From NCBI GenBank assembly GCA_017558715.1, contig JAFYTT010000299.1, positions 1 to 61,327 on the forward strand: a stretch of 61,327 bases of DNA, read 5' to 3'. A program made the position numbers and the translations under genes. The DNA is from Clostridia bacterium (GTDB lineage Bacteria; Bacillota; Clostridia; Oscillospirales; CAG-272). The notes under the pieces are model-generated. The model was not told the DNA's origin, did not search any database, and saw only the letters and a program-made list of their open reading frames with translations. How positions within the stretch are numbered: position 1 is the first letter of the stretch; each line of letters opens with the position of its first letter. Positions 1 through 6,199 of the stretch are shown here, one piece after another.

Positions 1-141
1 CTACTACCTCGCAAAGCTCCTCGAAGAGAGCGTCCCGGAGGTTGACGGCACAGAGGAAGATGCAGAGCGCGTAGCAAACGAGCTCCTGGCGCTCAAGGCA
101 GAGCTGGGACTTTAAGGAAGGAGGCGCTGATGATTTACACC
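1..141. repeat. Terminal direct repeat copy 1 (identical to 61187..61327)
   Basis: ctactacctcgcaaag...gctgatgatttacacc is present at both ends. It carries the 3' end (stop 113-115) of CDS 60846..61301 and the RBS/start of CDS 130..321. Confidence 0.95.
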
Positions 142-321
142 CTCGAAAAGCGCCACTCCTTCGCCGGCGGTCAGATGTTCACCCATTACGAGGTAATCGA
201 ATACAAAGGGCGCATCGGCGCCGCCGGCATTCTGACCAACGGCAAGACGGTCAAGCAAGGAACCCTGGCGCAATGCGAAAAATACTGCCGCACCAAAGGC
301 ATCACACCAGAAAGAATATAA
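130..321 (+). CDS. Hypothetical small protein (63 aa)
   Basis: ATG preceded by aaggaaggagg. Part of a tightly packed + strand operon. No recognisable motif. Confidence 0.6.
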   Translation: MIYTLEKRHSFAGGQMFTHYEVIEYKGRIGAAGILTNGKTVKQGTLAQCEKYCRTKGITPERI

Positions 322-333
322 GGAGGAGCAAAC

Positions 334-570
334 ATGAACTTCACAGACAAACACGGCACACCCATCCAGGCAGGTATGACCATCAGACACGACAACGGCG
401 ACACCGAAAAGGTGTACGCCACCACGACGGCGTCCGGAGACGAAAGCCTCGGCGTCATGGCGACGAATCCCGCATACCTGAAGAACCACCCAGACTGCGA
501 GATCGAATACTACGACCTCTCCAACTTCAACCTGAAGGAGTGGGAGATCGTCCAGGAGGTGCAGCCATGA
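334..570 (+). CDS. Hypothetical protein (78 aa)
   Basis: ATG preceded by aaggagga. Abuts neighbouring genes. Confidence 0.6.
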   Translation: MNFTDKHGTPIQAGMTIRHDNGDTEKVYATTTASGDESLGVMATNPAYLKNHPDCEIEYYDLSNFNLKEWEIVQEVQP

Positions 571-743
571 AGCAGATGATCCTGACCGTACCCCTCAAAG
601 AGGGCGAGAAGATCCCCGCGACCATTCTCGTAGCAGCAAGCCGAATCGCCGGCGCCGTAGCCGATACCGTGAGCCACGTCGAGATCCACGACGAAGACGG
701 CCGCACGTACACACTCACCAGACCGAAGGAGGCAACAGTATGA
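567..743 (+). CDS. Hypothetical protein (58 aa)
   Basis: In-frame ATG at 567 overlaps the upstream stop (ATGA). The longer track ORF 273..743 would overlap two supported genes. Confidence 0.5.
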   Translation: MKQMILTVPLKEGEKIPATILVAASRIAGAVADTVSHVEIHDEDGRTYTLTRPKEATV

Positions 744-1039
744 GCCAAAGAGAACGTATGCTGCGGGAGGTCAAATACATAACCTCCTGCGAGGAATTCA
801 CACCGGAAGACATTGTCGATCACCTTCTGTATCGCGGGGCGCTTATGCCGCCCTGCCCGATCGGAACCAAGATATACATCCTGGTAACCAAGCGACCCAA
901 AATCACCTACCCGGAATTCACGTTCATAAAGGAATCGCACCTCACCTACTACAACCTGGAGCGCGTCCTGGCGGAATTCGGAAAGACCGTATTCCTCGAC
1001 TACGAGGCAGCGAAAGAAGCAAAGGAGAAGATGAAATGA
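740..1039 (+). CDS. Hypothetical protein (99 aa)
   Basis: ATGA overlap with the upstream gene, suggesting translational coupling. Confidence 0.6.
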   Translation: MSQRERMLREVKYITSCEEFTPEDIVDHLLYRGALMPPCPIGTKIYILVTKRPKITYPEFTFIKESHLTYYNLERVLAEFGKTVFLDYEAAKEAKEKMK

Positions 1040-1449
1040 ACCTCAAGCAAGCGATAACCGTGCTCGACAGCACGATCCCACCGTCGAACAACAAGATGGT
1101 GGACTTGGAGCACCTCCCGATCGCCCAGGCGTGGGAGACCATCAAAGCCGCCCTGAAATTAGGGCAAATTCAGACCGAAGGCAGACTGACCGCGTACAAC
1201 GACGGACTGCCATACTTCCCGGAGTGCTTCAAAGAGCCATGCTCCGGAATGGGATGCAAGAAGAAGGACTGCGAATTCATGACAGACGTCTGCAGGAAGC
1301 TCGCCGTCTTCGAGGACGAAGAGGAAAAGAGGGACCGCATCAAGCGCGAACAATGCTGTATGTGCCCCGGTGCAATATGCCCAGGCATACCGGGAACGCC
1401 GCACCCAGAAGCGTCCCCTTGTAGATTTTTTGAGGAGGAAAAGAAATGA
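1036..1449 (+). CDS. Hypothetical Cys-rich protein (137 aa)
   Basis: ATGA coupling. Multiple Cys clusters (CSGMGCKKKDC, CCMCPGAIC). Confidence 0.6.
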   Translation: MNLKQAITVLDSTIPPSNNKMVDLEHLPIAQAWETIKAALKLGQIQTEGRLTAYNDGLPYFPECFKEPCSGMGCKKKDCEFMTDVCRKLAVFEDEEEKRDRIKREQCCMCPGAICPGIPGTPHPEASPCRFFEEEKK

Positions 1450-2000
1450 ACATCGAACTCACACCCCGCGAGCAGGAAATGCTCGCAGCATTCGCAGAGA
1501 AGCAGCACGACGGAGCAAAGGACAACATCGGCACCATGACGCCCATCCACGTTGTGGAACGCATCCGCAAGGAATACGTAGAAAGCGAAGAAGGCGACGC
1601 ATGGCTGTGGACCGACGACTACGAATGGAAGACCTTCGACAGCTTCGACGAAATGCTGAACCACGCGAGAAAAGCCACCCAAAAGGAATACCCCCCATAC
1701 GAAGAGGTCGAATACGAGGAAGTGGACGACGTCTGGATCGAGAGCGAGAAAACCTACTGCAAAGCATACGGCATCAAAGCCTACCCTTGCAAAATGGTCC
1801 AGTGCACAGAACCGGTCGCCTTCTTCTTCATCAGAGACGAAGCGGTAAAATACAAGGAGGGATACCAGGCGCACAACTGCGCCGACTGCAGAATTTATAC
1901 ATACGGCCTCGGATATAGCAACAACGGAGACCTGCCGGTATTCCGCGCCCTGCTCATGAGAATGGGCGAAACCATCAACGCCGAAAAGGAGGGCAAATGA
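1446..2000 (+). CDS. Hypothetical protein (184 aa)
   Basis: ATGA coupling. Acidic central region. No recognisable motif. Confidence 0.6.
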   Translation: MNIELTPREQEMLAAFAEKQHDGAKDNIGTMTPIHVVERIRKEYVESEEGDAWLWTDDYEWKTFDSFDEMLNHARKATQKEYPPYEEVEYEEVDDVWIESEKTYCKAYGIKAYPCKMVQCTEPVAFFFIRDEAVKYKEGYQAHNCADCRIYTYGLGYSNNGDLPVFRALLMRMGETINAEKEGK

Positions 2001-2503
2001 TGAAAAACAACGACATTCTTCCCGGAGGAAGACTCACAACGGACGACCCGACCAATAACACTCAAACAATGCTCAATTACGCCTACGCAAAAGACGGTCG
2101 CGTACTTCTGCGCTACGGCGACGGAGAAGAAGACATCGACCTCTGCGAATACATTTCGAGAGAGGCTGCCGGCAAGCATTGCCGACCGACCCCGGAGGAG
2201 ATCATGGAGGGCGCCTGCTTGGAATGCGACTGTCCGCTCGCCATCCTCTACGTTGTCGCCACGCAAGCTGCAGAGCTCCGTGCAAGGTTGAAAGAATACG
2301 AGGACACCACCGAACGCCACACACCGCAACGCCCGGAATTCTGGGGCGACGGATACGACGAAAACGGCGAGCTCATATACGACCAGGCGAAATGCCCGAA
2401 CTGCGGCAACGACGACTTCGAGGAGGGCATAAACAACTGGGGATGCAAATTCTGCCCGGACTGCGGTCAGGCATTGGACTGGGGTGAAGCTGGTGAATCT
2501 TAA
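1997..2503 (+). CDS. Hypothetical protein with C-terminal zinc-ribbon (168 aa)
   Basis: ATGA coupling. CPNCG...CKFCPDCG motif near the C-terminus. Confidence 0.6.
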   Translation: MMKNNDILPGGRLTTDDPTNNTQTMLNYAYAKDGRVLLRYGDGEEDIDLCEYISREAAGKHCRPTPEEIMEGACLECDCPLAILYVVATQAAELRARLKEYEDTTERHTPQRPEFWGDGYDENGELIYDQAKCPNCGNDDFEEGINNWGCKFCPDCGQALDWGEAGES

Positions 2504-2711
2504 AGAAGCAACCGAGGTAGCCAAGCAGCGCCTGCCGGTCATCCATAACGGAATCGAATACCTTCGCATCAAGCAGGCGGGGTACGATTACGACGACCAG
2601 GGCAACCCGACGCCCTTCGTGCAGCTGCTCGACAAATGCAAGCACAGCGTATCATACGCCGATCCGGCGAGAGTAACACTAAAGGAGGAACCGCCATGTA
2701 CAGAATCGTGA
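2484..2711 (+). CDS. Hypothetical protein (75 aa, GTG start)
   Basis: Track ORF with a GTG start and weak RBS. Fills the gap between supported genes. Confidence 0.4.
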   Translation: MKLVNLKEATEVAKQRLPVIHNGIEYLRIKQAGYDYDDQGNPTPFVQLLDKCKHSVSYADPARVTLKEEPPCTES

Positions 2712-2848
2712 GATACTACAACGGCACCAAAGGCTACGGCCGCAAATTTGAAACAGAAAAGGAAGCGAGAGACCACATCGCCACGGATCCGAAGATCCAG
2801 CAGGACATCGAGGACGGCTTCAGCTTCGACGTGGAGGAATGCGACTGA
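2696..2848 (+). CDS. Hypothetical protein (50 aa)
   Basis: ATG at 2696 preceded by aaaggagga, in frame with track ORF 2636..2848. Confidence 0.5.
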   Translation: MYRIVRYYNGTKGYGRKFETEKEARDHIATDPKIQQDIEDGFSFDVEECD

Positions 2849-3066
2849 TGGGAAAAACATACAAAGTCAAAGTGCAGCGCCCCATCTTCCCCGAAGGAGC
2901 ACCGGCGCTCATTTACAGCAAATGCGGAACCATACCGCCCACCCACCTACCGCTCGAAGGTCCCCTCAAGGACGCCCTGGGCGACCGCGACAAGGCATAC
3001 TTCAGATGCCGCGTCGAAGGGACGCTCCTGGTGCTCCTGAAGGAGCTGCGCCACCAGAACTGGTAG
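2848..3066 (+). CDS. Hypothetical protein (72 aa)
   Basis: ATG 2848 (TGATG overlap) lies 9 nt after GGAGGA at 2833-2838. The track start 2839 abuts the SD directly. Confidence 0.5.
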   Translation: MGKTYKVKVQRPIFPEGAPALIYSKCGTIPPTHLPLEGPLKDALGDRDKAYFRCRVEGTLLVLLKELRHQNW

Positions 3067-3084
3067 AAATCCCAAAAAGCGAGA

Positions 3085-3100
3085 TGTTCCACGTGAAACA
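3085..3100. promoter_or_regulatory. parS: parS site, exact match to the B. subtilis Spo0J/ParB centromere 16-mer TGTTCCACGTGAAACA
   Basis: The 16-mer is read directly in the 3067-3179 intergenic gap. It is identical to the published spo0J parS (consensus TGTTNCACGTGAAACA). Confidence 0.8.
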
Positions 3101-3120
3101 CTCGACTACCGAGAAACCCA

Positions 3121-3149
3121 TTGAAAACAGAGCCGGAAAGTGATATAAT
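3121..3149 (+). promoter_or_regulatory. Sigma-A type promoter (TTGAAA - 17 nt - TGnTATAAT)
   Basis: -35 TTGAAA at 3121-3126, 17-nt spacer ending in tga, -10 TATAAT at 3144-3149. Lies 30 nt upstream of the RHH gene start. Confidence 0.6.
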
Positions 3150-3179
3150 AAACCAACGGCTGAAAAGGAGGAGATCGCA

Positions 3180-3401
3180 ATGGCATACGGAAGACCCATG
3201 AAGAACAAGACCAGGCGCGTACCGGTCACGGTACACATCCCCGTCGGTATGCTTGACCTCATCGACGACTACGTCGAGAAGCACAGCGAGGAAACCGAAA
3301 CCGCATACAGCCGGTCAGACTTCTACAACGAAGCAGCGGTGGCTTTGCTTCAGAGCAAAGGCGTGGACGTCGACGAAGACGGAAGCGTAACAAAAGCGTA
3401 A
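3180..3401 (+). CDS. Ribbon-helix-helix (CopG/Arc-like) DNA-binding protein
   Basis: RBS aaaaggagga. The N-terminal RRVPVTVHIPVGMLDLIDDYVEK...SRSDFYNEAAVALL pattern fits beta strand - helix - helix. Confidence 0.55.
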   Translation: MAYGRPMKNKTRRVPVTVHIPVGMLDLIDDYVEKHSEETETAYSRSDFYNEAAVALLQSKGVDVDEDGSVTKA

Positions 3402-3594
3402 CAGAAAAATCGCAAGCCGAAACCACCAGAGACAATAGAGATAATAGAGGCACGAAATGCACCAGAAAACACGACACAAAACCTCGTGCCAACCCGCTAC
3501 GAAAGAATGGGAATAAGAACCAAAAAGCCGTAACCCCTTGAAAATAAAGGGATTACGGCTTTATTTTTTTACCCAGCGTACCAAAAGCGTAACA
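3384..3594. other. Candidate attP region with paired arm-type repeats AGCGTAACA
   Basis: AGCGTAACA at 3384 and 3395. AGCGTACCA at 3575 and AGCGTAACA at 3586. Each pair has 11-bp phasing, and the pairs flank the intergenic region immediately 3' of int. Confidence 0.35.
3521..3570. terminator. Bidirectional rho-independent terminator
   Basis: Stem agccgtaa(c)ccctt / aaggg(a)ttacggct, flanked by an A-run on the left and ttattttttt on the right. Sits between convergent genes. Confidence 0.7.
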
Positions 3595-3596
3595 CT

Positions 3597-4709
3597 TTAC
3601 TGCAGATCCTCGATTTTTCTCTCGAACTCCGAGACCACACCAGCGTAATTCTCACCCTCGGAAGTTTCCAGCCGGGAGGAGACCTCCTCCTGCTTATCCG
3701 GATACAAATGCGAATACGTCTGCAGCGTCGTCTGGATGTTTTCGTGCCCCAGGCGTTCAGACACCAGGAGCGGAGAGAAACCCATCTCGATCAGAAGCGA
3801 AGCGTGGGAGTGCCGGAGGTCGTGAACGCGGATCCGTTTCACGCCTGCAGCTTTGCTACCACTCGCCATTTCATTCGTGAGGACGTGCTTCGTGAAATAG
3901 AAGAGACGATCGCGCGGCTCATAGTCCACCAGCTGATCGGCGTAGTCGCGGATCAGAGCCAGGACGAAACGAGGAACCGAGACGACACGGTTCGAGCGCG
4001 GCGTCTTCGGAGGCTGGATAACCGTCTCCCCTTTGACCTGCGCTGCCGTTTTATTGATGGAGATGCGCGACCGCTCGAAGTCCACGTCCAGGAGCGTCAG
4101 AGCCAGAAGCTCCCCGGACCGCATACCAGTCCAGAACAGCAACTCGAAAGCCAGCCTCGCGGCTGGTTTTTTTACGCACTCAATGAACCGGCGGAATTCA
4201 TCCCGCGTCCAGAACTGCATCTCATCCGCCGTCTTTTTCCCGAAGGGACCACACACCACGACCGGATTTGACGGCAACCCATAGAACCGGACGGCATAAT
4301 TCATCACCGCCGACATTTGATTATTGACGGTCTTCAGATACGTGGGAGAATACCCCGCAGGATCCGCGAGGAGATCGTTCTGCCAGCGGCGAATCATCGT
4401 GGGCGTGATTTCGTTCACCGGCACCGACCGGAACGTCGGTAGAATTTTAGAATCGAAGAGCCAGCGCTTATTCTCATACGTCGTCGGGCGAAGCCGAGTG
4501 GCGCAATCCTCCATGTAGAGCTCCACCAGGGAGCCGAAGGACATATCGGTACCGCCGCCCTTCTTCTTCAGGAATTCCCGCTCATACTCCAGAGCCTCCC
4601 GGCGCGTTTTGAATCCTTCCTTCTTTTTCTGCCGGCGCGTGCCGTCCCAATCCTTATACCGGAACGAGACGAACCACGTGCCGCGTTTTTCATTTTTATA
4701 GACCGGCAT
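3597..4709 (-). CDS. int: Tyrosine recombinase / phage integrase
   Basis: C-terminal RVHDLRHSHASLL...LGHENIQTTLQTYSHLY (R-H-R-Y catalytic signature). ATG at 4709 preceded by ggaaggagg. Confidence 0.9.
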   Translation of the reverse strand: MPVYKNEKRGTWFVSFRYKDWDGTRRQKKKEGFKTRREALEYEREFLKKKGGGTDMSFGSLVELYMEDCATRLRPTTYENKRWLFDSKILPTFRSVPVNEITPTMIRRWQNDLLADPAGYSPTYLKTVNNQMSAVMNYAVRFYGLPSNPVVVCGPFGKKTADEMQFWTRDEFRRFIECVKKPAARLAFELLFWTGMRSGELLALTLLDVDFERSRISINKTAAQVKGETVIQPPKTPRSNRVVSVPRFVLALIRDYADQLVDYEPRDRLFYFTKHVLTNEMASGSKAAGVKRIRVHDLRHSHASLLIEMGFSPLLVSERLGHENIQTTLQTYSHLYPDKQEEVSSRLETSEGENYAGVVSEFERKIEDLQ

Positions 4710-4734
4710 CAGACCGCCTCCTTCCTTTGCACAG

Positions 4735-4824
4735 TACAAGCACGGTGCTTTCCGCGCCTTATCCCTTAAACCTTAAACTTCAAACCTCATCCCTTAAATG
4801 GGGTACCTCAACCCTCAAACGCGG
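4735..4824 (+). repeat. Copy A of a two-copy element: 14-mer TACAAGCACGGTGC plus a 70-nt G-depleted CCTTAAAC-type array
   Basis: 4755-4824 aligns without gaps to 25821-25890 (55/70 identical by hand). Both are preceded by TACAAGYACGGTGC. The only G-run is the central TGGGG. Confidence 0.7.
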
Positions 4825-5302
4825 AACGGTTCCGCAGGACGTAGTCGCGGACATACCAGTCAAAGAGAACCAGCAGCACACCAACGACGCCACCCAGAAT
4901 CAGGTTGACGACCGCCATGACGATCAGCCAGACCTTCCGACCTTCAAAGTACGGAACGACGTGCGGATTGCCGGGCGTGATATTTTTACAATTCCGAAGA
5001 GCCACAATGGCATTGATAACATTCCAGACGCCTGCGGCCGCAGTATAGACCATGAGCAGCTGTACAACGCCGATCAGAAGCCAGGCAACACCGGAGACAA
5101 CCTCGCAGCGCTTCGCCTTCAGAGCGACCGCAGCGGGACCAGATACCGGCGCCTTCTTCTGCTTCACCGTTTGCCTGATCGTCACCGAGTACGGAGCCGA
5201 GCACCCAGGGCAGCTGACAGAATAAACGCCTGCCGCGTTCGGAACCTCGACGGAATACCGGCGGCGGCAGGACGGACACATTATATTCACTTTAACCAAC
5301 AT
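4808..5302 (-). CDS. Zn-ribbon / multi-pass membrane protein (lysogeny-module accessory gene)
   Basis: CPSC...CPGC at the N-terminus followed by about 3 hydrophobic helices. Located between int and the repressor. Confidence 0.6.
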   Translation of the reverse strand: MLVKVNIMCPSCRRRYSVEVPNAAGVYSVSCPGCSAPYSVTIRQTVKQKKAPVSGPAAVALKAKRCEVVSGVAWLLIGVVQLLMVYTAAAGVWNVINAIVALRNCKNITPGNPHVVPYFEGRKVWLIVMAVVNLILGGVVGVLLVLFDWYVRDYVLRNRSAFEG

Positions 5303-5346
5303 ACCACCTCAATCCCAAAAGACAAAATACCGCCGAAGCTGACGCT

Positions 5347-5754
5347 TCAGGCTTTCTTTTTGAAGTCGATGAAGTTTTTACCAGACTGAACTTCATCAAG
5401 CGTTTTGAGCATTTCGATATACTCCTCCGCTTTTTCGCGAGCTTCATCAGAAAGACCTTCCAGCATCTCGTGGACGTCAGGATCGGAAGCGATAGCTGGA
5501 GCGGCCGTGGAAGTACCAGCGGCGCCGACGCTTTCTGGAGCGTGCCCCATTACCGGAGACAACCCCAGGATATAATCAGCGGACACGTCATACAAACGAA
5601 TGAGCTCCTGGATCGTGTCCGGGTCCGGAGCCGAGGAATTAGTTTCATAGCGAGACAAAGACTTGTCGCTCAAGTTGATAAGAGCCATAACCTGCTTCTG
5701 GCTCAAGCCTTTTCTCTCGCGTGCCTTCTTCAGGCGTTCGCCGAAAGACAACAT
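5347..5754 (-). CDS. XRE-family HTH repressor (cI-like)
   Basis: MLSFGERLKKARERKGLSQKQVMALINLSDKSLSRYETN is a classic HTH_3 pattern. ATG at 5754 preceded by aaaggtggg. Divergent from the cro-like gene. Confidence 0.8.
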   Translation of the reverse strand: MLSFGERLKKARERKGLSQKQVMALINLSDKSLSRYETNSSAPDPDTIQELIRLYDVSADYILGLSPVMGHAPESVGAAGTSTAAPAIASDPDVHEMLEGLSDEAREKAEEYIEMLKTLDEVQSGKNFIDFKKKA

Positions 5755-5776
5755 AGTATCCCACCTTTCAAGAGTA

Positions 5777-5805
5777 ATTATAGCACGCTTCCCGATTTTT
5801 GAGAA
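5777..5805 (-). promoter_or_regulatory. Candidate repressor-maintenance promoter (TTCTCA - 17 - TATAAT on the minus strand)
   Basis: Reverse complement shows TATAAT (5777-5782) and a weak -35 (5800-5805), about 22 nt upstream of the repressor ATG. Confidence 0.4.
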
Positions 5806-5811
5806 TATATT

Positions 5812-5827
5812 TCTCGGAATTTGCGAA
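5812..5827. promoter_or_regulatory. Degenerate operator (tctcggaatttgcgaa)
   Basis: The left arm TCTCG is conserved and the right arm is imperfect. Lies between the divergent promoters. Confidence 0.3.
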
Positions 5828-5834
5828 AAAGGTA

Positions 5835-5863
5835 TTGACATCTCGGAAAACGAGTGTTATAAT
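5835..5863 (+). promoter_or_regulatory. Early rightward promoter, perfect consensus TTGACA - 17 - TATAAT
   Basis: -35 at 5835-5840 and -10 at 5858-5863. Drives the cro-like gene. Confidence 0.75.
5841..5855. promoter_or_regulatory. Operator TCTCGGAAAACGAGt (inside the promoter spacer)
   Basis: Inverted repeat CTCG-N5-CGAG. One of at least 5 near-identical copies. Confidence 0.5.
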
Positions 5864-5875
5864 GAGAGCAAGAAT

Positions 5876-5890
5876 TCTCGGAAAGCGAGA
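5876..5890. promoter_or_regulatory. Operator TCTCGGAAAGCGAGA
   Basis: 15-bp palindrome-type site just downstream of the -10. Confidence 0.5.
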
Positions 5891-5909
5891 GAAAGGAGGA
5901 AGCAGCACA

Positions 5910-6155
5910 ATGAAAAAAGTCCATCAGATGATGAGAGACTACCGCGAGAGCAAAGGCGTCTCCCAGTCCCACATCGCCAGGAAGACCAGGAAAAGCTCCC
6001 AGAGAATCAGCGCGCTCGAAAATGGCAACATTCGCCTGACCGCAGACGAATTCGTGGACATTTGCGTGAACGGTTTCGAGATTTCCCCGGCTATTTTTTT
6101 TACCATTGCACTCTCGGAAAACGAGAACAGCAACGTGGACCTTCCCTCTGATTGA
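5910..6155 (+). CDS. Cro-like XRE-family HTH regulator
   Basis: ATG 5910 preceded by gaaaggagga. MRDYRESKGVSQSHIARKTRKSSQRISALENG is an HTH pattern. The track start 5799 would read through the promoter. Confidence 0.75.
   Translation: MKKVHQMMRDYRESKGVSQSHIARKTRKSSQRISALENGNIRLTADEFVDICVNGFEISPAIFFTIALSENENSNVDLPSD
6112..6126. promoter_or_regulatory. Operator TCTCGGAAAACGAGA (within the 3' end of the cro-like gene)
   Basis: Perfect 5-bp arms TCTCG/CGAGA. Confidence 0.45.
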
Positions 6156-6199
6156 GAATCCTTACACTAAAATTATACCGAAAGGAGGCAGGAAAATAT

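Noticed and set aside
1-141. The terminal repeat as a physical direct terminal repeat of the virion DNA.
   Set aside because: A length of exactly 141 nt matches a common assembler k-mer. The repeat cuts through a coding sequence. The terminase/portal set gives no independent evidence for DTR packaging. This cannot be resolved without reads.
4755-4824. The CCTTAAAC-type arrays as a CRISPR array or satellite repeat.
   Set aside because: The units are only about 8 nt, degenerate and contiguous, with no spacers. There are only two 70-nt copies in the genome and no cas genes.
4727-5389. + strand ORF of 220 aa, and the N-terminal extension of the portal ORF from 25789, both reading through the CCTTAAAC-type elements.
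   Set aside because: There is no RBS. The 4727 ORF is antisense to the supported membrane-protein gene. The portal has a strong RBS and ATG at 25951. Openness of the frame follows from the G-poor, stop-poor repeat composition.
5799-5909. Track-predicted N-terminal extension of the cro-like protein, and similar alternative-start extensions at 6152, 7321, 13408, 17858, 21841, 28151, 58183, 59301 and 60717.
   Set aside because: The extensions run through promoters, leaders or upstream genes. Internal ATGs with well-spaced GGAGG-type RBSs give compact, non-overlapping gene models.
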